This document shows positions 35,198-37,052 of a stretch of DNA of 37,052 nucleotides, piece by piece (position 1 is the first letter of the stretch; the number at the start of each line of letters is the position of its first letter). The notes under the pieces were generated by a model, which saw nothing but the letters and a program-made list of their open reading frames with translations, ran no database searches and was not told where the DNA came from. The stretch lies in IMG/VR virus record IMGVR_UViG_3300005323_000075, positions 1 to 37,052 of that record; one strand, given 5' to 3'. The stretch is from a virus. Its lineage: Duplodnaviria > Caudoviricetes. The position numbers and the translations under genes were made by a program.

Positions 35198-35387
35198 AAC
35201 AAAATGGATTCCTCTTCTTTCGTACGAATATAATGGTAGTATCTACATCACACTATGTCGGCGAAACTATAGAACAGGAATGCTTCACTTTGAAACAAGG
35301 AAAGTAAATCGTAATTCAACCCATTGTTATCAGAAACCATTGCTGAACATCGATGACCAATTTAAATTGATAATGGAGGGGGAATGA
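35190..35387 (+). CDS. Hypothetical protein
   Basis: AGGAG RBS, coupled to neighbours. Confidence 0.6.
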   Translation: MAKTKWIPLLSYEYNGSIYITLCRRNYRTGMLHFETRKVNRNSTHCYQKPLLNIDDQFKLIMEGE

Positions 35388-35539
35388 TTTCACGTAGAAT
35401 TCCTGTCGAAGTTTATTCCCGCGTTGTGGGATATTTCAGACCGGTCAATCAATGGAATAAGGGCAAACAAGAAGAATTTGCTGATCGCCAAGAATACAAA
35501 TTAAAGAAGAAGGCAACCGATGAAAAACAAACCGCTTAA
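35384..35539 (+). CDS. Stand-alone NrdD C-terminal (glycyl radical) domain peptide, 51 aa
   Basis: Hand translation gives MISRRIPVEVYSRVVGYFRPVNQWNKGKQEEFADRQEYKLKKKATDEKQTA*. ATGA overlap and GGAGG RBS. Not in the ORF track. Confidence 0.85.
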   Translation: MISRRIPVEVYSRVVGYFRPVNQWNKGKQEEFADRQEYKLKKKATDEKQTA

Positions 35540-36119
35540 TATAATGATCTTCGATACCGAAACCACCGGGCTCCCGGAGTCAAATGATATTGATCCGGTT
35601 GAATGGACCCGCTGGCCGCGGTGTGTCCAGCTTGGATACATCCGCTGGCAATACCTTGATGGCAGAGCCGTGCCTGTTGCCATCAGGACGCGCCTCATCG
35701 CTCCGGATGGATTTGAAATTCCGGAAGCAGCTGTAGCCATTCACCATATCTCAAACGATAAAGCAACGACCGGAGACCCCGTCGCAGCGGTTATAAAGGA
35801 ATTTTCTGATGAAATGATGCAATCCGATATTGTTGTGGCTCACAATTTGAAGTTTGATAAAGGAGTTATTCTCGCAGAATGTTTCCGAAACGGACTCGAT
35901 ACTGAAATATTCTCAAATCGCATTGAGATATGCACGCGGGAATCCACACGGGATATCTGCAAGATAGAGAAAGATGGAAAGATCAAATATCCGAAACTGA
36001 TTGAACTGTACCGTTTCCTGTTTGATCGCGATTTCACCGATGCGCATGATGCGTTCTCCGATGTAACTGCGCTTTCTCAGTGTTTCTTCGCACTCGCCAA
36101 CCGTCTTCTGCCAGTTTAA
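35520..36119 (+). CDS. DEDDh 3'-5' exonuclease (DnaQ-like)
   Basis: FDTETTGL, AHN..FD and AHDA.SDV motifs. Confidence 0.92.
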   Translation: MKNKPLNIMIFDTETTGLPESNDIDPVEWTRWPRCVQLGYIRWQYLDGRAVPVAIRTRLIAPDGFEIPEAAVAIHHISNDKATTGDPVAAVIKEFSDEMMQSDIVVAHNLKFDKGVILAECFRNGLDTEIFSNRIEICTRESTRDICKIEKDGKIKYPKLIELYRFLFDRDFTDAHDAFSDVTALSQCFFALANRLLPV

Positions 36120-36130
36120 CTTCTTGGAAA

Positions 36131-36169
36131 ATTCGCTGAAGTTGCCGAAAAATGGCAGCTTCAGCGAAT
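36131..36169 (+). other. Long 16-bp hairpin after the early operon
   Basis: ATTCGCTGAAGTTGCC-GAAAAAT-GGCAGCTTCAGCGAAT with one G-U pair. Confidence 0.75.
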
Positions 36170-36180
36170 AAAAATACATC

Positions 36181-36207
36181 AAGCCCCCCGTCAGGAGGGC
36201 TTTTTTG
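36181..36207 (+). terminator. Intrinsic terminator of the early operon
   Basis: AAGCCCCCC-GTCA-GGAGGGCTT followed by a T-run. Confidence 0.75.
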
Positions 36208-36324
36208 TTCGATCTGTTCGGAAAAACGGAATTCCATCTATCGTTTATTTCGGAAATATACTTTCCGTTCTGGAATAAAAACTTCTGAAAAAGCCTCAAA
36301 ACACGGGTTTGTTGTTCGGTTCTG

Positions 36325-36394
36325 GTTGCAGTTATTGTGGATTTATACCAGTATCATTGTGGGGGGATACAATGTTTCATGTAAAGCGCATACC
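36325..36394 (-). repeat. Right prophage end
   Basis: Reverse complement reads GGTATGCGC..., CCACAATGATACTGG (36348-36362) and CCACAATAACTGCAAC (36325-36340), matching the left end. Confidence 0.7.
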
Positions 36395-36955
36395 GTGGTG
36401 TTCTGGGATATTTTTCACCGGCTGCTTATCGATGCGGAAGGAAAGGATATCTATAAAAATATTTTTAAAACCGAACAGCAGTTTATCGACCTTGCTAAAA
36501 AGCTTAAATCTGATTATCTTTCCGTCAACGGGCATCTGATGAAGGAATTCGGCGAGCTTCTTATCAATGCATACAAATTATGTCATGAGTATGATGCAAG
36601 CTTTGAAGATTTCGTGGACAGAGAACTGGGGCTTCACCGGACAGACGCAAAAACGATTATGAAGACATTCACTCTTGATATCAATCCTGATATGGGATAT
36701 GAGAATATGAAAATTGCTTCCCGTATAAAGGATGATGAGGTGCGGAAGAGTGTGGAATCAGCTTTTTTTGCGGGAAAATCTCCGGACATGGTAAAAGCGG
36801 AGTTCTGCCATCGTCAGATTGAAAAGATTACGGAAGCGGAACAGCTTATCAGTGAAAAGGATAGAATAAGGAAGACGATGGAGCGGCTTAAAATGCGTCT
36901 TGCCGAAATTGATGAAAAATTAAATAATATAGAGCAATCCGGTGAAGGAAACTAG
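36395..36955 (+). pseudogene. 3' body of the interrupted host LcpA-like gene
   Basis: D.FHRL, GELL, H...A..IMK....DI.P..G..NMK and GKSPDMVK motifs recall the spirochaete LcpA-like family. The native 5' end is missing and the upstream frame is prophage-end sequence. Confidence 0.55.
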
Positions 36956-36973
36956 CTCAATTAATGAAAAGTG

Positions 36974-37003
36974 TTGACATTTCATAAAAATCGATTTTAT
37001 ATT
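36974..37003 (+). promoter_or_regulatory. Host sigma70 promoter
   Basis: TTGACA (36974-36979)-N18-TATATT. Confidence 0.65.
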
Positions 37004-37033
37004 AACAAAAATAAGGAATTAAGGAGTCAGTGC

Positions 37034-37052
37034 ATGAAGAGGGGGATTGTTG
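37034..37052 (+). CDS. Start of next host gene (partial)
   Basis: AAGGAG RBS at 37021 and ATG at 37034 (MKRGIV...). Confidence 0.55.

Larger units (their letters stand above)
328..36394. mobile_element. Transposable (Mu-like replication) myovirus prophage, about 36.1 kb
   Basis: Contains DDE transposase, AAA ATPase, Gam, GemA-like gene and a full head/tail gene set. Ends are inverted (TGTATGCGC at 328; GCGCATACC at 36386-36394) and share subterminal repeats. Confidence 0.9.

Noticed and set aside
36152-36394. N-terminal 81 aa of ORF 36152..36955 as a genuine protein start
   Set aside because: The ATG sits in a hairpin loop without an RBS, upstream of a terminator, and the frame crosses the prophage end repeats.
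36309-36539. Alternative frame with lipobox-like IFFTGC as the interrupted host lipoprotein
   Set aside because: It stops at 36539 and overlaps the longer frame that carries recognisable family motifs.
1-37052. tRNA, rRNA or CRISPR loci
   Set aside because: None was recognised by eye. tRNAscan-SE or Infernal would be needed to exclude them formally.

Overview
Nearly the whole window (about 328..36394, 36.1 kb) is an apparently complete transposable prophage. It is inserted into the 5' end of a host LcpA-like gene, which suggests a spirochaete host. The right arm (+ strand) is Mu-like: Ner/Cro-like HTH, DDE transposase, MuB-like AAA ATPase, Gam, GemA-like protein and accessory genes. The left arm (- strand) is a non-Mu myovirus morphogenesis module (DUF1073-type portal, MuF, DUF2213 protease, DUF2184 capsid, DUF3383 sheath, baseplate, repeat-rich C1q-tipped tail fibre) ending in an adenine methyltransferase at the Mu mom position. 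Between the arms lie a self-cleaving LexA/CI-type repressor with three palindromic operators and an AT-rich moron block containing a TcmP plus radical SAM pair. The main highlights are: a 51-aa stand-alone NrdD glycyl-radical-domain peptide missed by the ORF track (35384..35539); a duplicated 49-bp late-promoter element with 9-10 bp periodic repeats beside a small Xis/BldC-like HTH gene; a MuF protein with a C-terminal HExxH domain and a small partner gene; a displaced YkuD-like lysin candidate; and matching inverted termini whose right end reads CC rather than CA. Family names come from motif recognition by eye, not database searches.
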